DNA of 63,458 nucleotides, the filler included, from Sphacelaria rigidula (lineage: Eukaryota): assembly GCA_964200075.2 (NCBI GenBank). It is 6 parts of 6 records of this genome, joined end to end, with 100 filler letters (N's around TTAATTAATTAA, not from the genome) between each part and the next. Parts side by side here need not be neighbours in the genome. Positions count along the whole stretch, not along the records: positions 10,595 to 21,088 come from CAXNAA020006396.1; positions 21,189 to 31,681 come from CAXNAA020006397.1; 4 more parts are not named here. One strand, 5' to 3'. Shown in pieces: positions 11,322 through 23,924 of the stretch; the first letter of the stretch is position 1; each line of letters starts with the position of its first letter. The notes under the pieces were generated by a model. The model was not told where the DNA came from. It saw nothing but the letters and a program-made list of their open reading frames with translations, and ran no database searches. The translations under genes and the position numbers were made by a program.

Positions 11322-11825
11322 TTCAAGAAGCGAACAGTTTACCCATTGAACCAGTGAGCGCTCACTGGTTCAATGGGTAAACTGTTCGCTTCCTGAACAA
11401 AAGATATGCTGCGTGGTCCTTCCCGGCATGACACATCAGAGATCTCCGCGACCTTCGTGCCCCTCGCAAGCCTCACTGTTCACATGTCAAACTCATTCCT
11501 CCCACAAATGATAATGCCGGGTCTCGAACCGGGCGTCTTTTGTTCTAGAAGTGAACAGTTTATACCTTGAACCAGTGAGCGTTCACTGGTAGCTCAATGG
11601 TCAAATGTTCGCTTCCTGCACAAAAGATATGGAGTACGAGGCTCAGCATGAACAATAGTGGAAGGAAGGGAATTTGAAACGTGGACAGTGAGGCTTGCGA
11701 GGGGCAAAAGGCTTCGGAGATCTCTGATATGTCATGCCGGGACGGACCACGCAGCACGTCTTTTGTTCAGGAAGCGAACACAGCTCACTGGTTCAATAGG
11801 TAAGCTGTTCGCTTCCTGAACAAAA
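11322..11825. repeat. Palindromic array of ~200-220-bp units with tRNA-like inverted ends
   Basis: 76-bp palindrome centred at 11359/11360; unit 11360-11580 is inverted relative to 11581-11781; GGTTCGAGACC B-box-like motif on the minus strand. Confidence 0.8.
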
Positions 11826-12620
11826 TCTACGCGCAAATCGAACGAAAAAAAACGGAGTACAACGAGCAGCTGGGAATTCCTACGCTTGGCTTCGTTTTCG
11901 CCAATTTCGCTCATATGGGGCGCTTCATGCAGCCTGAAACCAACCATCAGGCGCTGTATGATCATGTCCGTCGTGACAGTTTTGGGCTTGTTTTGGGGGG
12001 CTATCGTGGAAAGTGTCCTTTGCAGAGGGTATCTTCGTGAGTTCAGTGCCTCTGCTATTCCTCGTCCCGACTTTTTCTGCATCCGTGTATCATGACAGGA
12101 CCGGAGCCCTCGCACGTTGAACTCTTTCGGGCGCACTTGGGAAAGGAGCAAGGCTGACGCACGCTACCTTCCATCCAGCTACATAGAGCCACGCGTTGAC
12201 CGCGACGCATAACGCTCAAGTCAAGACCATACAACCCCCTTGATGTTTCCTCAGGGTAACCCACAGGGGCAACAATGATTGTCAGATACGTACACACCCA
12301 TTCGCCATCGACTTCGGTGACAGTGCCACAAACAGTACCCTTGGCAACGCGATAACCCCTCCCCGGTGCGAGGTCAATGGTCTTATGACTATGGCATGCA
12401 TGATCATGAGTACACCCCCTCCCCCCGCTCTCCTCCCCCAAACCAGCCCCAAAACCGTCACGAAGAAAAATATGATACAGCCCATGATTGCTGGTTTTAG
12501 ACCGCATGAAGCACCTCATATAGGTGACATTGGAGAGAGCGATTCCAAGCGCGGGAGTTCCCAGCTGCTCGGTGTGCTCGGCTTTTTGTCATTTTGATTT
12601 GCATGTGTAGAGTTGCCTCC
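11821..12620. mobile_element. MITE with ~180-bp degenerate TIRs; a related fragment lies at 1-330
   Basis: GAGCAGCTGGGAATTCC..GCTTCATGC..CGTGACAGTTTTGGG is mirrored at 12430-12615. GGGCTATCGTRGAAAGTGTCC is shared with position ~147. Confidence 0.72.
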
Positions 12621-15600
12621 TTAATCCAGCCATTTTTCTGGGGCGGACTATCCCGGCATCAATCGGGTGCGGTCACGCAGAAGAAGGCCCGCAAAATTTT
12701 GTCGCTAAAAATCTGCTGAATCGCGTACACCCGCCATCGAAGGGAAATCTCTGCGCCGAAACCGAACAAGGGACGTCTTACCCACACTTGGCATACCGAG
12801 CAATTTACCTACAAAAGTGGAACCCTCAACGCAATGAACACTGGGAGACGACTACACAAAGTCTGAAAAAATGAACAAGGTTATTAAATAAGGACATGTC
12901 GGGGGCATGGTCTACATCGTTTACCTTTGAACAAAACATCGGTCTGTGTATTGAAAATTTACGGTAACTACCCCCTCTGCAGTAGTCTGATCTCGATCCG
13001 AGGCCTGCTGTTTTGATCTTGATAACCATACCAGCTCCACATGGAACGTTCGGACGACGTTTGGTACGAAACGCCACTATTAAGTTCCTGCCCTGGCGTC
13101 GACTCTTCTTGTAACTTTTGACCAATGGCTTCAATAATTCATTTTATCCAAAATCTTTCATCCAAAGCCTGGGAGACGGTGGGTTGAATGGCTCACAGTA
13201 CAGTAAAAGACAACAGTCGTTACGTTTCCTGCTGAATGCGGGTTCGAAGAGTTTTGGTACCCTCTACCGCTGCAAATTTACTCCCCACTACGATTCTGAT
13301 GTCAACAGCACGATCAAGTGATCAGTTCATCAACTGCCATTCGAAGTCAACCGTCAACAATCACTGACCTCTGGTGAAACGGTAGTTATCTCACCGCATG
13401 CAAACGAACTGTGCCGCGTGTCGAATAGATGTCTCTCTGCCTATTCTGTTGGTTGTGCATTATAGTTCAACGCTCGCCAGCACTGGGCAGAGGTGGCCCT
13501 GCACGAGAAAAATACCACAGTGGTTTATTCCGGAGCGTATATGAAAAGGTGAAGAGCGAGGGAGCCTCGCGTGTATCGTGGTACATAGCAGGTGAGATGG
13601 GGTCAAAATTTGAAATTATGAAAAATGGCGGGGTGGTTGAACCCACAGTCCCGCACACCGAATTATCAACAAGCAATCGTTTGCAACATGTGGGTGCAGT
13701 GGTAAAAAGAGTCGCCAATAGCGAGCAGTAGCGGCATCAAAGGAGATCATGGGGGTGGTATCTCACTCCAGAAGCGAGGGCGTGGGGGGGGAGATACATG
13801 GAGGCGAGACAAGCTGGTGTTATCGTAGCACGTATCGGTCTCGAAGTTGTGAGCGACACCTGGGTGCAGAGGGTTGAAAATGTCTTTTACATTGAACATC
13901 TGTGTACAGCTGGGCAAGTGTCGGTTTTCGCACAGACCCCCGAGACTGGCAGATCTTCCAAAACCCAGCGGCGAGTTCCACTAATACCACACACCAGCTG
14001 CACATCAGCCAATGCCTTCCACGAGCATTCCCAGTCAAGTCAAGATGCCAAACGAGAAAAGACCCAATTACTGGAGCCGAGGAATGTGCATGCCCCTCCA
14101 ACACGCAGCCGTACTGTACGTCTTCAAAGACAAGGGCTACAAAGACTACCATTTGCTCTATACTGTAGTGAGTGTTGTGGGTGCTGTCATCCCATCTATT
14201 TTGGACGCCAGTATACACATTTCGGCGTATGTGGGCGCATCAGCCGGAGTCACACAGGAGGAAGGCCAACACAGGAGTTGTTGTTTCATCATAACTCCAC
14301 CTTCCTTCTCCGCGGACTTTTCAGACTAGGAGGATTTTCGGAGACTAGCACGTCAACCTCGCGTGTGGGGAATTTTTCGTCAAGTCTTGAAAGCCCTGTA
14401 AGTCAACCACGTGTGTGTTGGAAATTTCCGGCGGAAAATTCCAAACCAGGACTACAAGCGGCGAGGAGGAGAGCGATCATTTTGATAGTTATGATTGCTC
14501 AGAATGGTTGCGGTACTTCATTCCCGCTCAGTTGGACTACCTCGCAGCGAAGCCGTGTTTGGCCGTTTGGGTGAAGACTACGAGCTGGGCTAGCCAACGG
14601 TGGGTAGTTTTCTCGCTCAGGCGACGCACGGCGTACAATTAGAAGTTGGACGCTGAAATTTTGACAGCAGCTTATGATGATCGACATTCGGAACATCCCG
14701 AGAGCAGCAAAGCAAGAAAGAAGCAGGAAGTTATGGGGATTTGAAATTTCAGCAAAAACAAGATAATTTCGTGAGTCCAGGAAAAAATGAGAACCTGCAG
14801 CTGCTCCCGAGATGTATCATTTTCTTGGGTGCAGAAGGTCTTCGTGACATTTCAGCTCAAGAGTCGTCCAATTGGGCCGTGCGTGCGACGTTTTGCGTGA
14901 CGCTGCTGCACCTTACATATACCCAGTGCGGGGTGATTGCTGACGTGAACCCACCGCATTAAAAATAAACGCACTCCCACACGCTATCGACCAACGATAT
15001 CAGACGCACCCCGTACTCTATGCAGTACAATACCGTCATCGGTAATACGACGCCAATCGAACAGCGACGCAGTCCTTCGTCATCGGGTGGATCTGCAGTT
15101 CACAGTGATATGCTTACATCGGGTTCACTCGAGAAACTGGGAAAGCTTTGGTGTGGGCAATGTTTAGCCGCTGTTAATCTGGCCCAGCTCGTACCTAACC
15201 ACAGAAAACATAGGCAAACGACGTGCCTTTACTTTGCTTGTAGTCTTTGCCGCCTGCCTGGCCCCTCTTGCGTTCCCCGCATAGCTTCACGCTGTCTGTG
15301 ATGTTGCGGAACACTAAGCAGATACACCAGCAGCGTGCAGTAGACGGTGTTGAGTTGAAAGCGATCGGCAGGCTGACTGCCCTTCACCGTTGTATCCAGT
15401 CACTGATGATGAACAAAGTTCGCATGTCCGGAAGAGTAGCAGCAGCAGTAGCTGTAGAGGCAGTACAAGTGCAGAGGCAGTACAAGTGCAGAGACAGTAC
15501 AAAATGAGGTACAGTTGAGATGGTGCGACATGGGTGCTAGGTCGAAAGAAGCAGGAGATGTGCTAGCCACCCCCCGGCAGTAGACTGTGCTCAGCAGAGG

Positions 15601-17339
15601 ACGATGGCGCGCTGACTGTTTCATAACGTTCACGGTTCGGAAGAATCAGTGCCGGTTCGAATCACAAAATACCCGATTTTTCAGGCCTGGGCTGTTAAAA
15701 AAGGAGAGTAAAAAAAAGTTGACCGCAAATCAAGAACGTTTCGACGCAATTTTTGCGCCATTACACGTGCCTGGGCTGCGCGTGCCTGGGCTGCAACGCT
15801 GGTAACAAAGCCTAAGGATTGATTCGTACCGTACGAATCAGTCACACTGAAATCAAGTTGTTTTCGGACGAATCATCAATTCGTCCGACCCTTGATAATG
15901 TTGCATCCAGCCGCTGATGTTTAACGTTCGCATGTATGTACGATAGAGTGGCAGCAGTACACACGCGGTACAGGCAGCAAAAGAGGGGGCACAGTTGAGA
16001 CGATATGACATTCGTCCAGGATCAAAGCACGTTCAAGGTGTGCCGGCCCTACCCCGAAGGTGTCGGGACTGCTGCGAGAACATAGATAGAAGGAGAGGAT
16101 GTATTATGTTTGCATATATCGCAGCAGTGATGGTTGTCAACATGAGCCACCATCAAACAATAAAAACATATACCCCACAAAAACTCAGAAGTGCTCAGCG
16201 GAGACATTCACACACATCAACTCTGCATGCACGTGCATGCGACTTGCGTCTCAAAACCGGTTAGCGTTCTCCGGGACCATTGTCTCTCTCTATATCTACA
16301 CGCGCAATATCGACATCTTCATGAAGAAAGGCGTCTTGTCTTCCGGAAAAACAGCTTTTCTGAAGCCTAAATGTGGCATTGTCCATCTGAGTCCCCCCGC
16401 GGGAGGTTTGCTGTGAAAGGGTTAACCCTTATAGCGCCCAGTCGTGCAGGGCGAAGTTTTGTTGGCCTGAATTTTTTGGGAGGTTGGGAATAGTTCTTCT
16501 AATGAAAGACACAAAGGCCTATATGGCAAAAGGGAAGGAAAAAGGGAAGTCCGGGCCCGTCGGGCCATTGGCTACGCACACATACATGTCATAGTCTGCA
16601 CAGTACAGTACAGTACAGAGTACGGGACGGCAATATCCGCAGGGTACGGAGGTGATGTGGGTGCGGCCGTTGTACTGAGGGAGCCTTCGGCAGATACAAC
16701 TGCGAGTGATATGCTGTGTGATACCGGCGGCCCCCGACACTGCCACCCGCCCGCCTTAACCCTGGGTATACTTTCTACACTCACCATACTTGAAAAATAA
16801 AACATTCGTTTTTCCTTCTGATTTAGGGCCCGAGGGCCATAACAGAGCCATGAACGCATGTAATTAGCGTGTTCCAAATATACACGCGACCGTCACGCCG
16901 TGTTTTCGGAAAATAACGCCTCGGGCGCAACGAGGATCAACACTTACAGCGCCCAGTCGTGCAGGTGGTCTTCGGTTGGCCTTGCTAGTGGGGAAGTCGG
17001 GATAGTTGCTTCCAGGCCGTCTTATCCGAGCAGATAGCCTTCGACGCGATAATGGTTGAAAATATGGTTACGTGATACTTTCGCGTCTACCGTCCTGTTC
17101 ATAAATGGCCATGTGACTTGCGGTCGATTCAGACATGGTCAGGTGTGAGTTTGTGAGACTCGTGCCCGGTCCAAAGCTGGGCATTTGACATTTGTTGTGA
17201 CAATCAGTCATGTCTACTTCGTGTAATCATGAGTGTGTCAGTGGCAACCAGGTCGGCAATTGTATGATTTTTTGTAGAGATACCGTCGTAGCATCCGGTC
17301 TTGGGAATACCCTTGCCTCCGGATCAGTATTTCAGCAGA

Positions 17340-17605
17340 TCTGACGGGTTTGTTTTTACCTCACCCCGATTCACTCGGGTGAAGCTATTTCTCTTCTGTT
17401 TTCTTGACGTCTCTCTTCTGTCTTTTATTTGGTATAATTTTTTTTCTTTATTTTCCCTGGAGTCTGAGAAGAAACGATGAGAACTTTATCTCTTACAAGA
17501 AATGGTATGGACGGTATTGGAAACACCAGCCTACGTCTGTGACCCCGGGTTCGAGAAATTGGGCTAATTGTGCGGAAATAACAATAACATAATAGTAATA
17601 GTAAT
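17340..17605 (+). mobile_element. Non-LTR retroposon 3' end with a (TAA)n-like tail; second copy at ~47310-47496
   Basis: Shared GGACGGTATTGGAAA...GCCTACGTCTGTGACC.CGGGTTCG...CTAAT.GTGCG followed by TAA repeats. Confidence 0.7.
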
Positions 17606-19169
17606 CCCCCGTTCACAATGTTTTTAGAGGTGCTTGTTTGTGCCGCGAGTAAAACACCAACCAAATGAAAAAGACACTGTTCTTGGTGTCATAGTTTTGA
17701 AAATATTCTATCGGATCACAGCGCCAAGGCCCGACATGTCTACCTGTTCTAGCCAAGTACCAAATCATCTTGGTGTCTTCGACTGAGTTTCGTAATGCCG
17801 CGACGCTAAGATGACCCGAACGCACGGCAAAACCACACACCCCGTGCTTTTCACCCAACGGTAGTTTTCGGGACGAACGATGTGCACGTTGCACCACGCG
17901 TTTGGGGGTGGTGTATGAGTATGCCCGCTACCCCCCCCCCCCCCACTTTACCCCCCCCCCGGCTCGGAAACAACCACACGATCCCCTTCACGGTTTCAGC
18001 ATTTCTGATAGGTGTGGTAAATAAGAAGAGAGTAGCCTGTCAATGACGGGGCAGTTGGGAATGTAGACAAGTCAAGCGGGGGTTCCTATTATTGGACTCT
18101 TCATCGTCAATATCCGAGTCTGCTAGTTGTCGGCAGGCAACGACTTTGCTGTACTCATGTAGCTGTAGTTGTTGAAAGAGTCAATCGGCAGACTCCGAGC
18201 AGGACAGAGGAGGCATGAGCAAAAGCTTGAGAGCACGGTACAGCATGCTATCATTTAGCACGCGAAGCACGCGCAAAGCAGACGTGAGTTTAGTCGTGCA
18301 CAAGCGTTTCCCTCGTGATCGAGACTTTCTGCAAGTGTTGGGGTGAAACAATCCACGCATACGTGTAAGCTTGCGTAGTATATTTGCTGTTGGCCTGCCC
18401 ATGACACACACACACATACAAAAAAAAGTTTTATCGACTTAGTGCGTAGTCGGCAGTCGTTCACGTGTCTGGAGTTGCCACATGAGTGTCTGTTTTCACC
18501 TGTCCATGTTCCTCAATAGATCCGAAGATGGTCATGTGAGACCTTCGCGTTTTGCCGTTTTGGTGGAAAAATAGACATGTAGGAATGTCACTGCCCGGCT
18601 GCCGGGTTCAACAGTTATGGGTGGGACTGGAGGGCCTAACGACCAAAAATCAGCGGCAAACTAAAAAAAGACATGAGTGCGGAGGAATAATGAACACGTC
18701 AGTAGGTGGTCGCACCTGTGCCGAGGTCCTCTCGAGCAGAACGCACGCTTAATCACTTCTAAACTTGGTTTACTATGGGACAGCTCTAGCACGGGAGATC
18801 GCGCGGTTCTCAACACAGAAAGCAAGCCAGCCCACGGCACTTCATCCCCCCCCGCATACACACAAGATCCAGGGGATTCTATTTCACATTTTCCTGGCGT
18901 CGCGCCAGCAGCGAGAAACCCCCCTCCCAGAGCGCAAAACAGCTCATTTTTGTACGTTTGGGGTTGGTGCGGCTCAGTATCACGTTCAAACGAAAAAGTG
19001 AAATGGGTTGAGCTAGCTTGGGTGTGTGGGAAGCGCACGCAAGAAACTGCAGTTCAATCCTCTGCTTCGTCGCCGAGTTCTACGCGTTGCGCGATCGGCA
19101 CTTTTGGGTTGAGGATTAGTATTTAGCGCTATTAGAGGTCCAACATTGCAAATTAAAAACACTCGGTGC

Positions 19170-20050
19170 GCATGCTGTTTTTTCTCGCCGCAAGCTGTCA
19201 CGACGTGCAGTTTGGTTGCGTGTCGGCAGGCGCCGCTGCTTACTTCTGTGCGGCTGTGCACAAAAGGCAATTTCGCCTTTCAACAGCGAGTATTCCTTCA
19301 AGTGTCGAATTTCAGAGGAGAAGTTCACAGAAGGAAGACAAAGCTAGCGACTGCTTCGTGTCAGAGCTCCAGTGTAGAAGTCGAGGCGTCAAGAGCGATT
19401 GTAGTACTTGCACTGCCTTACATCTGCTGGCGACTGGTGTGATCATGTACTTAGCAATTGTCTGTTTTATATACTACTATAAGAGTGAGATGCAAACTAT
19501 GCGACGGTCGACAGCTTCGTTTTAGGCTGCATATTTTTTTCTTGCAGCGAGCAGTGTGTGACGGTGTTTCACTTTGTGGCGTGCCGCCAGATGCTGCTTC
19601 GTTCTGTAGGGCTGTGCACAATGAGCAAATTAGCCTTTCAACAGCGAGTACTCTTCATGTATTGAGTTGCAGAGGGCGACGTAACACATGAACTTCGGCT
19701 GTTGGATCTGAGGGTTCCAGCGGAGAAACCAGGGCGCCAAGGGCGTTTTTTATTTTAGACTTCACACTGACTATGTATGAATAGCTCAGCATAGCCACGA
19801 TGTTTCAACTGACTGCCCGTACAAACTGAAAATAATATGTAAACCATGCGATTTACAGTACACCAACTTGCGTCTTCGACCAAATGCTATTTTTTGGCAC
19901 CAATGTCACGACATTTGCTTTGGTGGCGGTCCGCCATGTGCTGCTCTGTTCTGTGGGGATGTGTGCAAAGGACAACCTCACTTATCATGAGCGAATGCCC
20001 TTTCACCCCTTGCCTTGTAGAGGACGAGTTCACCGATGAAACACGGCCGT
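19170..20050. repeat. Three degenerate tandem ~355-bp units
   Basis: GCTGCTT..TTCTGT..GGCTGTGCACAA...GCCTTTCAACAGCGAGTA recurs at ~19235 and ~19593, and more weakly at ~19940. Confidence 0.65.
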
Positions 20051-20333
20051 CTTGTGACAGACGTTTTCGAGACAGAACCCAAGGGATGCGCGACGCTGCT
20101 GCTCATGGTATCCAAATTTCCGTACTTTCTCGTTCTAGCACGATGTCAGGCACGCCTCTCACTGCAGATGCGTTGATGTGTGGCGGCCACAACTGCTGCT
20201 GTTCGTGTTCTTGTGTTATCTTCGCAATGGTGGTAAACGTGGGGTGGCAGCTCGGGGGCGTGCGCTTCCCGAGTAGTACAGCAGCTGAACACTTCGAGCT
20301 GGGCCAGCCTAGAGGCGGATTTGAAGTTTGCAA

Positions 20334-20604
20334 GCCCATGCTCTTTTATACATTTAGAGTTGGGCCCTGAAATTTGGTATGGACAATGCATAGGGCATAC
20401 AAAAAAATTACTTCGGTACCAATATATATATATATATATTCTTCATGAGTTAAGGGCATTTTACGGATACCTGAAAACCGATTATTGCCCTTTACTCATG
20501 AAAAAAAAAACTCTTTTGGTACCGAAGTAATTTTTTTTTATGCCCTATGCACTGTCCATACCAAATTTCGGGGTCCAACTCTAAATGTATAAAAGAGCAT
20601 GGGC
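20334..20604. mobile_element. MITE or hairpin with ~90-bp near-perfect inverted arms
   Basis: GCCCATGCTCTTTTATACATTTAGAGTTGG...CTTCGGTACCAA is mirrored at 20517-20604. Confidence 0.85.
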
Positions 20605-21088
20605 CTATCAAATGCCGGGTCGGTAGAATTTCGGAACAGTATTTCGCAGGCCACTCACCGGCCCACGTTTGGTTTTCGTGTATTGAAATTTGGTATGGGC
20701 GCTCTCTAAGGCATATTCAACAAAAAATAACGGGTCAAGTTGTTTTTTTCAATTTTTTTCACTGGTTTAGGGCGTTCTACCATGGTGAAGACCATTTTTT
20801 CACGAAAACGCCCTAACCTCTATGAAAAAAAAGAAGTGAAGGCCCATTTTTTATTTTATTCGGCACTCTTTTGTGGTTCTCCACACCAAAATTCGTCGCC
20901 ATCCGCTAAATGCATCGATCGGGAGTTTCATAGAGATTCTAGTATTGGCAAGGTATTGGCGCTATCTCCCTCAGGCATAGGAATTACTAGACATGGGGTT
21001 TTATCAACGAGAAAATGTGGGCCCAAACTTTTGAGCATATGGGCACCTTCCCCTTGATTAGACGATTAATACTATATGCGGATCACGG

Positions 21089-21188
21089 NNNNNNNNNNNN
21101 NNNNNNNNNNNNNNNNNNNNNNNNNNNNNNNNTTAATTAATTAANNNNNNNNNNNNNNNNNNNNNNNNNNNNNNNNNNNNNNNNNNNN
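21089..21188. other. Artificial contig-joining spacer
   Basis: Same 100-bp N/TTAATTAATTAA/N structure. Confidence 0.99.
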
Positions 21189-22395
21189 TGCAAGAAAGAT
21201 ATGCCTCTTTATACCATATTTTGTATGGACCCCAAAATATAAAATCGGCTGTTAGCAGTCATTGCGTAAAATGTTCTCGTGTGCGGTTCGATTCATGGCA
21301 GAATGCTCCTCTTTGGCAGGCGGTGGGTGATGTTGTCACTGTGGTAGTGATACCTATAAGAGGGCGCCTCTTTGAAGTTGTTTTTTGCGCGGGTTTTGTT
21401 CGCATATGCTAGCATTGACTGCACCGGATTATCCCATCCCATGTTTTTTAGGTGGTGGGGGTGATGAAGCGGCCCGTGGGTTGCGGGGCCACACAACAAA
21501 CAAGCAACTATCTCCACGGTACATGTGTACGAGATGGTTGTTGTCGGAGATTTGACACGCTGTGATCTCTCATGTTAGTCTCACCAGCAGTGTATTTGTT
21601 CAGAAAGCCACCATAATGAGCACACAGGGTGTTTGTGAACTGACACGCCGTGATTTGTCTTGCTAGGCCAACAAGCGCTGTAAGTCTCATTCATAGGACC
21701 ATGAGCATAGATGTGCTCTGAACATATACTGGGGGTGTCCTCACCACAAAAATGATGCGTCTTGATGTCTCTGTCGATCGGGCCAGCAGTCAGTGTGTGT
21801 CGTATGCTCTCTTACTTGTTCGGAGAGTCGTAGTTGACAAAAAAATGTTTCAAACACATGACCGTTGAGGTTTTCACGATACAACTGCACCAAGGCCCAA
21901 CGCCAAACCTCGTGCAAATATTCAGTCAACGCCATGATCTCCGCGCTAACTTTAGATCGTACAAGTTTGGTGCACACAGACATTGAATGCACTGATCGTC
22001 GTTGAGACAATGAGACGCATGTATCCCACTTCAATTTTCTTCGGGCAAAAGATACACGTCGTTGTAAATTTCCGTTGTTTCTGCAGGGTGTAATGCGTGG
22101 GAGGATCGCATGCTTGGGGACCGCATCGGAATTGAGGCATGCCTTTTGTTAGGGTCATTGTTGGGATTAGGGTCAGGGGCGTTGTCCCTGTGGAGACTGG
22201 CCAGATAGGTGCTAAAAAACATCGATGCTGAGGTGTTTCGTAGTACGACGCGGTCCCTCAGGCACGCGGTCCTCCCACGCATTACAGGGGTCTTCTCCGG
22301 TCCAAAGACATGCATTCCGAGTGGGGCGCAGAGGCTTGGATGCAGTAAAACGACTCTCACCCCAGCGTCAACCCCAACCCAAAAAGACCAAATTA
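21189..22395 (-). pseudogene. Possible Helitron/Helentron Rep relic, interrupted by the Ginger-like MITE
   Basis: Fragmented peptides occur in Rep order: APH../CLWTGEDP, EHTTHTDC, QFTNTLCAHYGGFLNKYTAG, VEIVACLLCGPATH. There are many frameshifts and the resemblance was judged by eye only. Confidence 0.35.
22089..22286. mobile_element. Second copy of the Ginger-like MITE
   Basis: TGTAATGCGTGGGAGG...CCTCCCACGCATTACA; colinear with 953-1159; flanks AGGG and GGGG. Confidence 0.85.
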
Positions 22396-22396
22396 C

Positions 22397-22700
22397 CAGG
22401 GAGGGATACGTGACACGTGACACAGCGTGACACGTGACGTGAACGTTACGTTTTGGGCGTCACGTTATGTTCACCTTGAATTTTTCAATGTGATTCACGT
22501 CACGTTCACGTTACGTTAAATTTCCAGATGGCACGTTCACGTACAGTGATGTTTTTACGAACGCGATACACGCATTACCTTAAATTGCCCAAACGTTCAA
22601 ATCACGTGTTATGTAAAGTTTCATGTCACGTGAAACTGTGCGTAACACGTGAATTATACCTCACCAGTGACATGAAACGTTACATATAACGTTACACATT
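22397..22700. repeat. ACGT-rich subterminal-type repeat, probably a truncated hAT MITE
   Basis: Starts CAGGGAGGGATACG and contains dense CACGTG/ACGTT repeats in both orientations; no second TIR was found. Confidence 0.45.
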
Positions 22701-22924
22701 TCTTTCTGTGCTTTGCTTGTGTTGAATTTGTATGACTTCTTTTTGTCACGACTTAGTCTGCTTCGTCGTTCTGTTCGACCCCTCTCTTTTGCTTTTTTTC
22801 TGTTTTTTTTTATTCTCCCTCAGAGCGTGTTCGAATTTCGTTTTTCTCGGGTTTCCATCATGAGCCCACGGCTGGACCCCTGGCGAATGAGTAAAGTATG
22901 ACAATCAATCAAATCAATCAATCA
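22700..22924 (+). mobile_element. Non-LTR retroposon 3' end with an (ATCA)n tail; copies at 43471-43635, ~48170-48405 and partial ~54335-54400
   Basis: Shared AGAGCGTGTT.GA.TTT...ATCATGAG.C.A.GGCTGGACC...GACAATCAATCAAATCAATCAATC. Confidence 0.75.
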
Positions 22925-23698
22925 TGTTACAATAGTAAAAAAAGAGCAATGGACAAGAAAAGGTATACCTTCTCGTTTTATGCCCAAGAAAGGTACGAAA
23001 AATGGCCAGAAACGCGAAAACAGCCAAACACGCCATTTTGACCGTTTTCGTTACGAATGTTTCACGCACATCATTCGGGGGGGCCATTGGCACCTCGGTC
23101 TCGAAAAAAACGGGAAAAAAACATGTTACTCAAGAGACATGACCACGCGAAAACGGACGTCTCGCCTTCAGAAACCGCTTACCTTTTGTGGGCCAAATTC
23201 CGCCCAGGTATACCTGATCTAGGAATTATTTTCCAATCGTACCTTATCGGGGCCACCGATCGGCCGACAACGTACCTGTGCTAGGCCATCGCTCTCTAAA
23301 CTGTACCTGATGCGGCACATTGCGCGCAAGGAAATCTACGCGCCAACTCCAACGATGGCGCCCACACCTTCGGCTCTTTTCCCGCTCATTTGCCGTTCAC
23401 GGACGCTACAACGACCACGCCTCCTTCTCCCCGGAAATGGTTCCCAAGTCTCTCCGCTATTACTGTTCTGTCCCTAGCTCTCTATGCGTGACGACCAGTA
23501 CTGTATGCGTTGCTTGAACCAACCATCAATGATGCAAAAATCGCCTGTTGGTGGCGGAAGAGCCTAGCTTGACCCTGACACCAGCCCCGAGATGGCAAAA
23601 GTACCACAGTGTTCCACAACCCACCGGATCACAAAAGACCGACGCGCTGTAAGTTGTGAGTCCACATATTGTGTCGATATACGTGATGGGTGTATTGA

Positions 23699-23796
23699 TC
23701 CCTAGACCGCGAGGGTAGTTCATCTGGATCATGGACACTTTTTTCAAGTCAAGTTGATGCCGATTCAACAGATGACCTTTTCTCGTCATCTGAAGG
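23699..23796. mobile_element. piggyBac-type MITE, degenerate inverted copy
   Basis: CCTAGACCGCGAGG start; internal GATGCCGATTCAACAG; flanks TTGA and TTAG. Confidence 0.65.
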
Positions 23797-23924
23797 TTAG
23801 CCGTTGAGCTACAAATGTTCATGATTGATATCACTTGATATGAGTGTGAACACCGAGAATCGGATCTTTAGTAGGGCTGACAGTCCCGTGTGCTCCTCGC
23901 ATGCGCAAAACGCATTTTCGTTAA

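Noticed and set aside
14470..14530. HxD motif (HFDSYD) as a TET/JBP 2OG-Fe dioxygenase
   Set aside because: No distal His/Arg strand pattern is recognisable; the motif alone is insufficient.
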